A stretch of 45,791 nucleotides of DNA from Clostridiaceae bacterium (GTDB taxonomy: Bacteria > Bacillota > Clostridia > CAYPLH01 > DUMO01), in the NCBI GenBank assembly GCA_012839865.1, contig DUMO01000022.1:1-45791 (forward strand), given 5' to 3'. Made by a program: the position numbers and the translations under genes. Within the stretch, counting starts at the first letter, position 1; each line of letters begins with the position of its first letter. Shown one piece after another: positions 44,998 through 45,791 of this stretch. The notes below the pieces were generated by a model. It was not told the DNA's origin, ran no database searches, and saw nothing but the letters and a program-made list of their open reading frames with translations.

Positions 44998-45581
44998 TAG
45001 ACAAGGCCAAAATGATGGATGCATTGTATGATGATTATAAAAAAAGATTCTGTGACAAGGAAATCGTTTTAGGAACAGGAAACCTGGAGGCCAAAATACT
45101 TATGGTAGGTGAAGCCCCGGGGAAGGATGAAGTGCGGCTTTCAAGGCCTTTTTCCGGAATGGCGGGCAGGAACCTGGATGAATTTTTAAGCTTATTGGAT
45201 ATTGGCAGGAGTTCAATATATATAACCAACGCGATAAAATACAGACTGGCAAAAACAAACCCGAAAACGGGAAGAATAAGCAACAGGCCGGCAACAAGGA
45301 GAGAAATAATTGAAAGCAGGGAATATCTGATTGGTGAAATTGATATTATAAACCCAGAGTACATAGTGACTTTGGGGAATACGGCACTTTGGGCAGTTAC
45401 CGGGGATTTTGGATTAAATGTTGGAACACTGCACGGAAAAATTCATAAAATACTAAATAAAGAGAAACCTAATATCAAACTGTATTCGCTTTATCACCCT
45501 GCAAGCATCATATATAACAGAAGCTTAAAATCAACTTATATCGAGGACATATTAAGGCTGAAGGACGAGATTTGCCGTTAA
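44994..45581 (+). CDS. Uracil-DNA glycosylase-like paralog lacking the Fe-S cysteines
   Basis: VGEAPG..E....PFSG, TNAIKYR, IVTLGNTA, YHPASIIYN; ATG 44994 overlaps the upstream stop (ATGA). Confidence 0.85.
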   Translation: MIDKAKMMDALYDDYKKRFCDKEIVLGTGNLEAKILMVGEAPGKDEVRLSRPFSGMAGRNLDEFLSLLDIGRSSIYITNAIKYRLAKTNPKTGRISNRPATRREIIESREYLIGEIDIINPEYIVTLGNTALWAVTGDFGLNVGTLHGKIHKILNKEKPNIKLYSLYHPASIIYNRSLKSTYIEDILRLKDEICR

Positions 45582-45646
45582 AAAGCCGGTAAATAGCCGA
45601 TTTCTGAGCTTTGAAAAAGATATCAGATTTTTTATAAAAAAAGGTG

Positions 45647-45768
45647 TTGACAAAGTATAGGTTGGGTGTTAAGATATAAAAGCTGTCTGACGCGGGGCCG
45701 GAAAAAACGGACTTGCAAGGAATTGGAAGAAAAAAGTTGTTGACAAAGTGAAGGCAGCGTGCTAAGAT
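45647..45768 (+). promoter_or_regulatory. Tandem P1/P2 strong sigmaA promoters (rRNA-operon type)
   Basis: Two copies of TTGACAAAGT...TG-N-TAAGATATAAAAG: 45647-45675 and 45740-45768, each with 17-bp spacing and an A-tract UP element. Confidence 0.8.
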
Positions 45769-45791
45769 ATAAAAGTCGCGCTTCTCGGAGA

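Noticed and set aside
1653..45364. Many 60-180 aa antisense or nested ORFs within the called genes
   Set aside because: Shadow ORFs opposite well-supported CDSs, with no motifs or RBS.

Overview
Chromosomal window from a Clostridia-class Firmicute, inferred from sigmaA promoters, a Gram-positive Tad locus, an FMN riboswitch with an ECF S-component, HelD and an LCP gene. Left to right: a YesN/YesM-type two-component pair; tRNA-Thr(UGU); a compact Tad/Flp pilus operon (tadZ/cpaE-like, cpaF, tadB, tadC, flp, DUF6382-FHA) running directly into an orphan ssb; a Gfo/Idh/MocA oxidoreductase; a TGS-fused uridine kinase; a CAAX protease; helD; a 13.4-kb eight-gene operon (large membrane GATase-like protein, ABC ATPase and permease, coiled-coil/IDR protein, MoxR, DUF58, two vWA proteins); a decayed lipoprotein gene; FMN riboswitch-ribU; galU; a phosphodiester glycosidase; a ttcA-like gene; eight more tRNAs; a cyclase; an LCP gene; two tandem family-4-like uracil-DNA glycosylases; and tandem rrn-type promoters at the right edge. 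No integrase, transposase, cas gene or CRISPR array is visible. Best leads: the MoxR/vWA/ABC operon of unknown function, Tad-ssb coupling (competence hypothesis), a ~30-bp CAGGA array before tadB, a 193-bp palindrome, a rod-like ncRNA candidate, a cluster-less UDG paralog and a duplicated promoter-hairpin-tRNA-Thr unit. All family calls come from motif recognition by eye, not database searches.
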